A DNA stretch of 64,000 nucleotides, from NCBI GenBank assembly GCA_963829525.1, contig CAWHIJ010000003.1:2080001-2144000 (forward strand), read 5' to 3'. The notes beneath the pieces were generated by a model. It was not told the origin of the DNA. It saw only the letters and a program-made list of their open reading frames with translations, and did no database searches. The position numbers and the translations under genes are program-made. The DNA is from an uncultured Actinomycetota bacterium (GTDB lineage: Bacteria; Actinomycetota; Actinomycetes; JAHEKZ01). Shown piece by piece: positions 1 through 8,568 of the stretch (positions are counted from its first letter, which is position 1; each line of letters begins with the position of its first letter).

Positions 1-2
1 GC

Positions 3-665
3 CGCATCGCACACGACGCCGTGGAACTCGGCGGTGGGCTGCGGGAGACGTGGGACGGAGCTGGACGCTTCCTGATCAGCGGATGTATTGGCCCGCGAGG
101 TGACGGCTACATCCCTGGCCAGACGATGTCTGGCACAGAGGCTGCCGAGTACCACCGGCAACAGGTCGGCGACCTCGCTGACGCAGGCGCTGACCTGGTG
201 AGTGCGTTGACGCTTTCCTACGTCGAGGAGGGGGTAGGCGTGGCAGCGGCGGCCGCCGAGCGCGGCATACCCTCGGTGATCGGCTTCACTGTGGAAACGG
301 ATGGGCGCCTGCCGTCGGGTCCCTCGCTTGGCGAGGCGATCGAACAGGTCGACGCCGCGACTGGCTCGGCTCCCGCGTGGTTCCTGGTCAACTGCGCCCA
401 TCCGGACCACGTTCTTCCAGGGCTACCCGAGCAGGACGAACCATGGCTGTCACGGATCGGCGCCTACCGAGCCAACGCGTCCCGCATGAGCCACGCCGAG
501 CTCGATGAGATGGAGGTGCTGGACGACGGTGACCCCACCGATCTCGCTGGAGGCTACCTAGCGCTGCGATGCCGAGTACCGGGGATACGCGTGATCGGCG
601 GGTGCTGCGGCACCGATGTACGGCACGTGGCGGCAGCATCGAAGGCCTGGCAATCGAGTTCCTGA
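3..665 (+). CDS. Homocysteine S-methyltransferase family protein (5' partial)
   Basis: Frame open to window edge; IGPRGDGY, VNCAHP and GGCCGTD Zn-binding motifs. Confidence 0.9.
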   Translation, partial: RIAHDAVELGGGLRETWDGAGRFLISGCIGPRGDGYIPGQTMSGTEAAEYHRQQVGDLADAGADLVSALTLSYVEEGVGVAAAAAERGIPSVIGFTVETDGRLPSGPSLGEAIEQVDAATGSAPAWFLVNCAHPDHVLPGLPEQDEPWLSRIGAYRANASRMSHAELDEMEVLDDGDPTDLAGGYLALRCRVPGIRVIGGCCGTDVRHVAAASKAWQSSS

Positions 666-796
666 CCATATCGCCCTCGTTCGTAACGGTCCCGGAACGC
701 TTGCAGCGAAGAATCACAGCGGCTCCAGAAGTCACCTGAATGAGTCGGTGGTTCTGCTGACGTCAGGGACGCAAACGCACAACGAAGGGACCGGTT

Positions 797-1636
797 GTGA
801 AGCTCCATACGAAGGTTTCTGTTCTCATGGTGGCCGCGTCGATCGCTGCGGCGGGCCTGGCCATCGCCCCCGGCACTGCAGCATCCGGAGCAAGTGACGC
901 ACTCGCACGACCGGGAGCCCCCGGCCAACCCAAATTGGTCAAGATCCGAAGCAACGACAAGAGGGTGACGGTCAGCGATGCACACTTCCGCCCAGGTGTG
1001 ACCGAGTTCCGAGTACGGCATACCACCCATCGCAAGACTTCAATCACCATCTTCGAGACCAAGAAGCTCGACCGCCTCTTCAAGAAGTTCGGTGAGGCTG
1101 GGCAGAGCGCCGACGCCATGAAGACAGTCGACCGCATCGCGACGTTCTACGGCGGTGGTGGTGAGGGGACCCGTTGGCAGGTCAGACTGAGCGAAGGCTC
1201 CTATTATGTGATCGGCGACAAACAGAATCTGACCACCATCAAGGTCAGCGGCGAGCGACGCAACGCCAAGATGGCCAAGGCCGATAGCGAGATCTGGACC
1301 ACCAAGGACAACCAGTTCAAGACCTCCGACAAGCTCAGTGGCAAGTGGGTCAGCTTCACCAACCACTCACGGGAGATCCACTTCGCGGAAGGCGACCACG
1401 TGGCGGCCGACACCAGCGCCAAGGACGTTCAGCAGGGGCTGAACTCTCCGAACGAACCTACCTGGATCCGAAAGGGCGGATTTCACTTTGACATCCAGTC
1501 GCCCGGAATCAAGACCGTTCACCGGCAGAACATCGAGGGCTACAAGTACCTGCTGATGTGCTGGATGCCAAGCGAGGAACAGGACGGCGTTCCGCACGCC
1601 ATGATGGGGATGTGGCACCTGGTCTGGGGGAGCTAA
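797..1636 (+). CDS. Secreted protein with C-terminal cupredoxin-like type-1 copper motif
   Basis: Signal peptide; upstream His in NHSREIH and C-terminal CWMP...PHAMMGM. Confidence 0.7.
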   Translation: MKLHTKVSVLMVAASIAAAGLAIAPGTAASGASDALARPGAPGQPKLVKIRSNDKRVTVSDAHFRPGVTEFRVRHTTHRKTSITIFETKKLDRLFKKFGEAGQSADAMKTVDRIATFYGGGGEGTRWQVRLSEGSYYVIGDKQNLTTIKVSGERRNAKMAKADSEIWTTKDNQFKTSDKLSGKWVSFTNHSREIHFAEGDHVAADTSAKDVQQGLNSPNEPTWIRKGGFHFDIQSPGIKTVHRQNIEGYKYLLMCWMPSEEQDGVPHAMMGMWHLVWGS

Positions 1637-1641
1637 ATCCC

Positions 1642-3147
1642 ATGCGTCGACCTGATGGTCTGTCGATAGCGGTGAGCGCACTTGCGCTTACCGCCATCGC
1701 GGTCGTCTTGGCCCCCTCCGCATCCTCCGCTGGACCGTGCAGCAGAATTCAGAACGACAAGATGAGGCAGAAATGCCTCGATAGCCTGATGCCCGAGATG
1801 TACTCGATCCACGAGATGGGCACTCCTGTCTACGGCGGTGGAAGCCGTCACTACAACGGGACCATCCGTAGCGTGGCTCGACTTCGTGGCCCCGATGGCC
1901 CGGCCGACGTGTCTTACACGCTCGAGACCGCGTTCGAGCGAGCGAAGGTCGCGGGACGTCGACAGCTGGTCTACACGATCAACGGCAAGAGCCCAGGGCC
2001 GACTGTCTACGCCGAGCAGGGCGACGTGGTGAAGGTGACCCTGAAGAACCGCAACATCGCGGCCGGCACGAGCCTTCACTGGCACGGCATCGACGTGCCC
2101 AACGGCGAAGATGGCGTTGCCGGGGTCACTCAGAACGCTGTGCTGCCAGGTGACCGGTTCGTGTACCGCTTCCGCGCCCGCGATGCGGGGACGTACTGGT
2201 ACCACTCGCACCAGTACTCCGAGCGCCAGGTGACCCAGGGCCTGATTGGGGCGGTCGTCATCACCCCGCGGGGTGCGCCGACCCCACCGGATGCAGCCCG
2301 CGACGTGCCAGCCGTCGTGCACAGCTACCGCGGACGCAACACGATCAACGGCCGCACCGGAACCTGGGCCGTTAGCGGAAACGTCGGCGATCGTCGGATT
2401 CGATTCGTGAACACCAACCAGACGGTCATGCGGGTGGCATCAAGCGCTCCCTACAAGGTCGTAGCCATCGACGGCGTGAACGTCAACGGACCAACCACAG
2501 TCGGCGCTGGCACGTCGGTGGAGGTGCCAGCTGCGGGGCGGGTAGACATCGTGCTCGATGGCAGCGCAAGCTCTGCGCGGGTCGGTGTGCTGAACGGCCC
2601 TAGCCTCGTATTCGGAGGCGGCTCCCCCCCGGCCCTCTCAGCGAGCCAGAGCCTCGACTTACTGGAGTACGGCGCGCCGGACCCCTCGGTGAGCACTCCC
2701 ACTCCCGATCGTCGTTTCGACTACGTCCTTGGCCAGAAAGCCGGGTACCTCGATGGAAGGTACGGCACGTGGTTCAGCATCAATGGGGCGCTCATCCCTC
2801 ACGTGCCCATGTTCATGGTGAAGCCAGACGAGACGGTGCGGGTGCGCTTCAAGAACAACACCTCGATTGATCACCCCATGCACCTACACGGCCAACACAT
2901 GCTGGTGCTCAACCGCAACGGAGCGCCATCAACGGGGTCGCCGTGGTGGGTCGACACCCTCGAGATCCATCCCGGCGAGGAGTTCACCGTTCAGGTGACC
3001 ACCGATAACCCCGGCGACTGGATGTTCCACTGCCACATCCTTTCGCACGCGTCGGCCGGGCTTATGACGCATATGTCCTACCTGAATGTGCGCAATCCAT
3101 TCCGCATCGGTGTGATCACCCGGAATCTCACCAACCATCCGGAGTAG
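1642..3147 (+). CDS. Secreted multicopper oxidase
   Basis: HWHG, YWYHSH, HPMHLHG and HCHILSH motifs; ATG 5 nt after upstream stop, followed by a signal peptide. Confidence 0.93.
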   Translation: MRRPDGLSIAVSALALTAIAVVLAPSASSAGPCSRIQNDKMRQKCLDSLMPEMYSIHEMGTPVYGGGSRHYNGTIRSVARLRGPDGPADVSYTLETAFERAKVAGRRQLVYTINGKSPGPTVYAEQGDVVKVTLKNRNIAAGTSLHWHGIDVPNGEDGVAGVTQNAVLPGDRFVYRFRARDAGTYWYHSHQYSERQVTQGLIGAVVITPRGAPTPPDAARDVPAVVHSYRGRNTINGRTGTWAVSGNVGDRRIRFVNTNQTVMRVASSAPYKVVAIDGVNVNGPTTVGAGTSVEVPAAGRVDIVLDGSASSARVGVLNGPSLVFGGGSPPALSASQSLDLLEYGAPDPSVSTPTPDRRFDYVLGQKAGYLDGRYGTWFSINGALIPHVPMFMVKPDETVRVRFKNNTSIDHPMHLHGQHMLVLNRNGAPSTGSPWWVDTLEIHPGEEFTVQVTTDNPGDWMFHCHILSHASAGLMTHMSYLNVRNPFRIGVITRNLTNHPE

Positions 3148-3177
3148 GCGGCCCTCGAGCAGGGACCGATCTCACGA

Positions 3178-4785
3178 CTACGCAGAAACCGCCTCAGGCT
3201 CTGGCTCCTTGCGACCAGGGAGTGCTTCATGGGGCAAATCCCGGGTGAACGGCAGACTCAAGAGCGCGAGGAGTGCGGCGGCCAGCAGCCCAGTCTTGAG
3301 CGCTTGGATCTGCGCCTGTGAGTAGTCGTCGACGATGGCTGACGCAGTCGCCTCGTCCACACCTGCGTCGTCGACCGCCGTCTGCACCTCGTCGACCGTC
3401 AAGAAGTCGATCCCGGTACCTGCCGCCACCCCCACCTGTGCAGAAACGTCAGCACCAATGCGTTGGTCAGTTGACACGTTAGTCACGAAGGCACTCGTCA
3501 ATCCGGAAAGCACGATCGCCCCGATGAGGGCGACACCGAGCGATGACCCGAGTTGCTGGCCGGTGTATTGCAGACCACCCGCCTCCGCCCGGCCGGACGC
3601 GTCAACGGAGGACTGCACCACGTTGCCGAGTTGAGAGGCAAGCAAGCCCATCCCAACTCCCAGCAAGCCCATCGCCCAGGCGAATGATGACTCGTCCAGT
3701 TCCACATTGACCGTGCTCATCAGAATCACCGCGGCCAACATGGTGAGGGTGAGGCCAGTGCGGACGATGCCTCGCACCGTGAACCGAGTCGACAGCCGCG
3801 AACCGACAACCGAAGCAACGAGCATGGCAACCGAAACGGGCAGCATCTTGATCCCGGTGTCCAACGCGTCAAGGCCGAGGACGACCTGCAGATAGAGGGG
3901 GACCACGAAGAAGACGCCCATCAGGATGAGGTTCTGTGACAGGAGCCCAACGAGGCCAGACTTAAGCGGCGCGATCTTGAGGAGATCGAGGTGGACCAGC
4001 GGGTCGTTGTCAGTCGCCTCGCGATGCCGCTGCCACCGTACGAACGCCCAGGCGAGAAGTGCGCCTCCCGCGATCACGAAGAGCGTGAGAGAGAACCCAA
4101 AGGGTTCGATCGGCGAGTCCTTCGGCTCGATCCACCCCCAGGTGCTCGACTGAAGCGTCCCCAGCACGATGGCGCCCAGTGCTGAGGCCGACAGCACCGT
4201 ACCCACAAAGTCCAGCGACAACTTCGGCCCTTCGCGCAGCGCATCCCCGACCTTGGACGTCATGACGAGGATGAAGATCACCAGGACAACCTCACCGGCA
4301 AACACCACTCGCCAACTGAGCTCTGTGGTGGCCCAGCCACCCAGGATCGGCCCGATAGCGATACCCGCTCCTGCCACACCGCCGATCACGGCGTACGCCG
4401 CCTTGCGGTGCTGCCCCTCAAAGTTTCCGGCGATCAAGGCGGCCATCGCCGGAAGCACCATCGCTGCCCCGAGGCCTTCCAGCACTGACCATCCAAGAGT
4501 CAAGACAGCCACGGACTGTGAAACTGCGGTAAGGGCCGAACCGAACCCATAGATGATCAGGCCAACGACAAAGGCTCGGCGGCGGCCGATGATGTCGCCA
4601 ATCTTGGCGCCGGTGAGCATGAACATGGCCATCACCAGGCAGTAGAAGGTGATGACTGCCTGAATCGTTGTCACGGTGGTGTCGAACTCGGCGACAAGCG
4701 TGCTGATCGAGACGTTCATCACCGACTGGTCGAGGACCATGATGAACTGCGCCGTTGCAAGCGCAACGAGAGCCGACCACTTCAT
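3178..4785 (-). CDS. MFS transporter, DHA2 (14-TMS) family
   Basis: LDQSVMNV, GDIIGRRR motif A, GPILGG motif C, many hydrophobic helices. Confidence 0.92.
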   Translation of the reverse strand: MKWSALVALATAQFIMVLDQSVMNVSISTLVAEFDTTVTTIQAVITFYCLVMAMFMLTGAKIGDIIGRRRAFVVGLIIYGFGSALTAVSQSVAVLTLGWSVLEGLGAAMVLPAMAALIAGNFEGQHRKAAYAVIGGVAGAGIAIGPILGGWATTELSWRVVFAGEVVLVIFILVMTSKVGDALREGPKLSLDFVGTVLSASALGAIVLGTLQSSTWGWIEPKDSPIEPFGFSLTLFVIAGGALLAWAFVRWQRHREATDNDPLVHLDLLKIAPLKSGLVGLLSQNLILMGVFFVVPLYLQVVLGLDALDTGIKMLPVSVAMLVASVVGSRLSTRFTVRGIVRTGLTLTMLAAVILMSTVNVELDESSFAWAMGLLGVGMGLLASQLGNVVQSSVDASGRAEAGGLQYTGQQLGSSLGVALIGAIVLSGLTSAFVTNVSTDQRIGADVSAQVGVAAGTGIDFLTVDEVQTAVDDAGVDEATASAIVDDYSQAQIQALKTGLLAAALLALLSLPFTRDLPHEALPGRKEPEPEAVSA

Positions 4786-4970
4786 CGAGGTGAACTCTCG
4801 ACCAGAGCCTTGAGCTGACCTAGCCCCTTCTCGAAGTCCGGCCCGATCAGCGCGTCCATCGACTTGAAGATGCCCATGACGCGCCGAAAGTCGACGACGA
4901 GGGCGTAGATCTCTGCTGGCGCCGAGTCGATCGGGATTGACCGCTCCACGGTGTAGGTGTCATTGGACAT
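4782..4970 (-). pseudogene. SRPBCC/polyketide cyclase family gene with large in-frame internal deletion (62 aa)
   Basis: Family N-terminus (TVERSIPIDSAPAEIYALVVDF) joined directly to family C-terminal helix (MDALIGPDFEKGLGQLKA). Confidence 0.7.
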
Positions 4971-5098
4971 ATCGGGGAGCGTAGTAACCATGACGCCATC
5001 CGTCGACAACCACCAATCGTACCTTGCCGGATTTCCTGAACGGCTTGTCAGGTCCACCGGCAGGGATGAGACTGGTCCTAAGCACCGAGGAGCCGCAG

Positions 5099-6268
5099 AT
5101 GACCCAGCAGCAGACTCCGATCCGGCCCGTCCAGACGCTGTCCTTAGCCGACCGTTACCTGGCGTTGGTGACGCCGGAACGCGAGTCGAAGTTCCACTAC
5201 CTCTGGCTGCGAGACAACTGTTGGTGTGACGCGTGTCGGGTTGCTCAGTCAGCTGAACGCCGTATCTACACCGCCGATATTCCTGCGAACATCGCGCCCA
5301 CGGACGCACATCTGGACGACGACACAGCCACGCTTCAGTTGCGCTGGAACGACGGCCACACCTCCAGCTTCAGCCTCGCTTGGCTGGAGTCCAACGACTA
5401 CTCCAACGGAGCGGCTGAACCGTCGCCAAAGGTGACGCTCTGGACCTCCAGTCTCGACGCTCCCCCGAGGTTCGAGCACAGCGAGGTCGTCGGGCAGCCA
5501 GACGTTCAGCTGGCCTACCTCGATGCCATCCGAGAGCACGGAGCGGCCATTGTTTCCCACACGCCGTCGCTAGACGGCGAAGTTGCCCGTTTCGCCGAAG
5601 TCGTTGGTCATGTACGCGAGACCGCGTTCGAGCGCGTCCACAATGTGCGCCACGACCCGCAGGGTTACAACGTTGCCCACACGCCGCTCGAGCTCAAGCC
5701 ACACACCGACCTGCCCAGCTATCACTGGCCGCCGAGTATTCAGCTGTTGCACTTCCTCGTGAATGAGTCCAGCGGTGGGGAGAGCACCCTGGTCGACGGT
5801 TGGGCGGTGCTGGCTGATCTCCGTAGTGAGAATCCAGCCGCGTTTGAGACCCTGTGCCGTGTCCCCGTCACCTTCCAGCTCTTTAGCGAGGATGAGGACA
5901 CCCGGGCCACCGCTCCCCTCGTCCAGCTCGATGCTTCCGGGCGGGTTCAGACCTTGAGATTCTCCAACCAGCTGGCATTACCGCTGCATGCACCCTTCGA
6001 CGATGTCGGGGAGTTCTACGACGCCTACCGACTGCTCGGCCAGATGATCGACAGTGATCACTACAAGATCGTCTTCAAGTGTCATTCAGGTGACCTCCTG
6101 ACCGTCCATTCGCACCGAGTGCTGCACGGACGTAAAGCCTTTGACCCAGAGAGCGGCGCGCGTCACCTGCAGGATGTCTACATGGAGTACGACGACCTGA
6201 TGGACCGACACAATGTCCTGAGTGGAACCCACAAACCAATGCCATCGACCGGAGTTGACCTAAAATGA
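5099..6268 (+). CDS. Fe(II)/2-oxoglutarate dioxygenase, gamma-butyrobetaine hydroxylase/TmpA-like (TauD family with N-terminal Zn domain)
   Basis: WLRDNCxCxxC...WNDGH Zn domain; HTD and RVLHGR facial triad; GAGGAG RBS before ATG 5099. Confidence 0.9.
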   Translation: MTQQQTPIRPVQTLSLADRYLALVTPERESKFHYLWLRDNCWCDACRVAQSAERRIYTADIPANIAPTDAHLDDDTATLQLRWNDGHTSSFSLAWLESNDYSNGAAEPSPKVTLWTSSLDAPPRFEHSEVVGQPDVQLAYLDAIREHGAAIVSHTPSLDGEVARFAEVVGHVRETAFERVHNVRHDPQGYNVAHTPLELKPHTDLPSYHWPPSIQLLHFLVNESSGGESTLVDGWAVLADLRSENPAAFETLCRVPVTFQLFSEDEDTRATAPLVQLDASGRVQTLRFSNQLALPLHAPFDDVGEFYDAYRLLGQMIDSDHYKIVFKCHSGDLLTVHSHRVLHGRKAFDPESGARHLQDVYMEYDDLMDRHNVLSGTHKPMPSTGVDLK

Positions 6269-6837
6269 CCTCGACGTCGCACACTGTCTCGTTCACGGCG
6301 ATGGAGCATGGGACCCGTGAAGACTACGAGTTCCTAACCTCACTCGAGGAAGGCGAGATGCAGGGCTTCGCTGACCGCGTTCTCGGATGGCTGCAGACCA
6401 TGGACGACTCGGTCGGCTATCAGATTTCACGCCTGGATCACTCGCTTCAAGCCGCGACGCGCGCTCACCGATCGGGCGAAGACGAGGAGACCGTAGTTTG
6501 CGTTCTGCTTCACGATATTGGCGACTACCTGGCTCCCGCCAATCACTCGGAGGTAGCTGCGGCCGTCTTGCGTCCATATGTGAGCGAGAAGAACTACTGG
6601 ATCGTCAAGCATCACGGTCTGTTCCAAGGTGTGTACTACTTCCACTTCGTCGGCGCAGATCCCAACGCGCGCGATCGCTTCAAGGACCACCCCTATTACC
6701 AGGCAACCATCGACTTCTGCGCCAACTACGACCAGAACTCGTTTGATCCCGCTTACGACTCGGAGCCACTGGAGTTCTTCGAGCCCATGGTCCGCCGCGT
6801 TCTCGCCAAGCCTGTCAACTTCGAGAGCGACACGTAG
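6265..6837 (+). CDS. HD-domain protein, PhnZ/TmpB-like diiron ligand set
   Basis: HSLQAA, LLHDIG, NH, HH and YDQ; ATGA overlap with the dioxygenase. Confidence 0.85.
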   Translation: MTSTSHTVSFTAMEHGTREDYEFLTSLEEGEMQGFADRVLGWLQTMDDSVGYQISRLDHSLQAATRAHRSGEDEETVVCVLLHDIGDYLAPANHSEVAAAVLRPYVSEKNYWIVKHHGLFQGVYYFHFVGADPNARDRFKDHPYYQATIDFCANYDQNSFDPAYDSEPLEFFEPMVRRVLAKPVNFESDT

Positions 6838-6946
6838 TTGCGAAGACCCTCCCCGGCTGCGGCAACCAGGGGCCAGGATTGCTGTCAGACTACTGCTGAG
6901 GTGGCGGCACCAGTGTTCTTGTGGCCATGGAGAGTGGAGGAACAGC

Positions 6947-7375
6947 ATGCCGCAGACAACAGGCAGCGAGCTTGAGTCAGTGTCCCTGTTTTCGGGGCTG
7001 AATGCGCACGAGCTCGACGTCATCGCCGGACTGCTCACCATCGAGTCCTACGCGAACGGTCTGAGCATCGTTCGCGAGGGCGAAGTCGGGTATGTCTTCT
7101 ACGTCATCAAGAAGGGTCGTGCAGAGGCTTCCCACGAGGGCACGTTACTGCGGGAGCTCGGAGAAGGAGACTTCTTCGGCGAGATCGCGATTGATGGTGA
7201 CGGCAAGAGATCAACCACGGTGACCGCTCGCGGTGACCTTGAGGTCTGGGCCATGTTCGGCACAACCCTCGGCCAGCTCGAGCGCGAACATCCCGAGATC
7301 GCCTCAGCCCTCGGAGACACCGTGCGCGAGCGCCTGGCGGCTGACCGCGCTCAACATCCCCACCGACCGGATTGA
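6947..7375 (+). CDS. Stand-alone cyclic nucleotide-binding domain protein
   Basis: GDFFGEIA...RSTTVTA phosphate-binding cassette; GGAGG RBS. Confidence 0.88.
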   Translation: MPQTTGSELESVSLFSGLNAHELDVIAGLLTIESYANGLSIVREGEVGYVFYVIKKGRAEASHEGTLLRELGEGDFFGEIAIDGDGKRSTTVTARGDLEVWAMFGTTLGQLEREHPEIASALGDTVRERLAADRAQHPHRPD

Positions 7376-7455
7376 CTCCATGAGCTCATCGCTCGGCGTT
7401 ACTTCGTCATCGAGCTCGCCTTGGCCAGGGCTTTGCCTACCGGCTGGACCTAATC

Positions 7456-8412
7456 TCAGTGGCAACTTCCTTGAGCATCGTCGATGTACCGCGGCTGGCC
7501 GTCCGCAGACACCCAGCTTGACTCCCAGCGGCCGTCAAACAGGCGGAGCTCCACAAAGCCGAACGCCTTGCCCTGGCCGCGGACGAACGTTTCCGGCTGA
7601 GTGTGGAAGTTTCCGAAACCGTTGAGGTTGCGCCCGCCAGCCCCAGAAACGAACTGTGTGATCCCTCGGTCCGGGTCATACCTTCCGCTGGGATCGGTCG
7701 GCATCCACCGTGAGTAGTTGTGATTGTGACCCGCGAGGAGGATGTCCACCCCTTGGCGATAGGCCAGCCGGTAGAGAGGAGCCGTGCGGAGTAGCTCGTA
7801 GCTTTGGGTCCAATCCGCTTTCTGGTACTTCAGCCAGTCCCATCGGGGGTGGTGCCAGACCGCGATCGTGCACCGAGAGTCGCTCTGTTCCAGGTCCGCT
7901 TTCATCCATTCGTACTGCTCCGACCCAGGTTGGCATTCGACTCCCCCGGCGCCGCAGAGGGTGGAGTCCAGGGTGACGACATGCCAGCTGCTGCCCAGGT
8001 CATATGAGTACCAAGGGCCAGGCGCACGATTTCCGAAGTACCTGAAGTAGCCGTTCGCCCCTTCTGTTCCCCAGTCGTGGTTTCCGGCACTGGGAGCGGT
8101 GATGGGCAGGAGCTCCCCCCAGTACACGTCATAGTTGTCGACGAAGTTGCGGTACTCCCCGTACTCGTACTGAACGTCGCCCAGTAAAAGCAACTTGTCG
8201 TACGCCCCATTCAAAATCGACTTTGCGACGTCGTCGTACTGGCACACGCTGCGGTTGTTGCCTGGGGGGTTCTTACAGGCGATGTCGCCAACGGCGGCCA
8301 CTCGGACTGGCACAGGGCTGGGCGATGGCGCACTTCCCCCGGCGACAGGTGCGAAGACAAGAAAGACAGTGGCCGTCGCCACCAGAGCCGTGATGATCGA
8401 ACGCTTCACCAT
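7456..8412 (-). CDS. Secreted calcineurin-like metallophosphoesterase
   Basis: Signal peptide; GDIA, GDVQY, GNHD, HHP and GHNH motifs. Confidence 0.9.
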   Translation of the reverse strand: MVKRSIITALVATATVFLVFAPVAGGSAPSPSPVPVRVAAVGDIACKNPPGNNRSVCQYDDVAKSILNGAYDKLLLLGDVQYEYGEYRNFVDNYDVYWGELLPITAPSAGNHDWGTEGANGYFRYFGNRAPGPWYSYDLGSSWHVVTLDSTLCGAGGVECQPGSEQYEWMKADLEQSDSRCTIAVWHHPRWDWLKYQKADWTQSYELLRTAPLYRLAYRQGVDILLAGHNHNYSRWMPTDPSGRYDPDRGITQFVSGAGGRNLNGFGNFHTQPETFVRGQGKAFGFVELRLFDGRWESSWVSADGQPRYIDDAQGSCH

Positions 8413-8568
8413 GACCGCGAGGCTAGGTCTGCGCGCAGGGAAAGCGCAACGACTTCGGCGCGCGTATTGAGTCAGCCTGGCCGCCGCCCTTGAGGCGGTC
8501 GGCGCCGCTGCCGGTGCAGTTCGCCTGACTAACGGGCACTGTCCGGTGCGGGCTCCGCGCCGTTCAGG

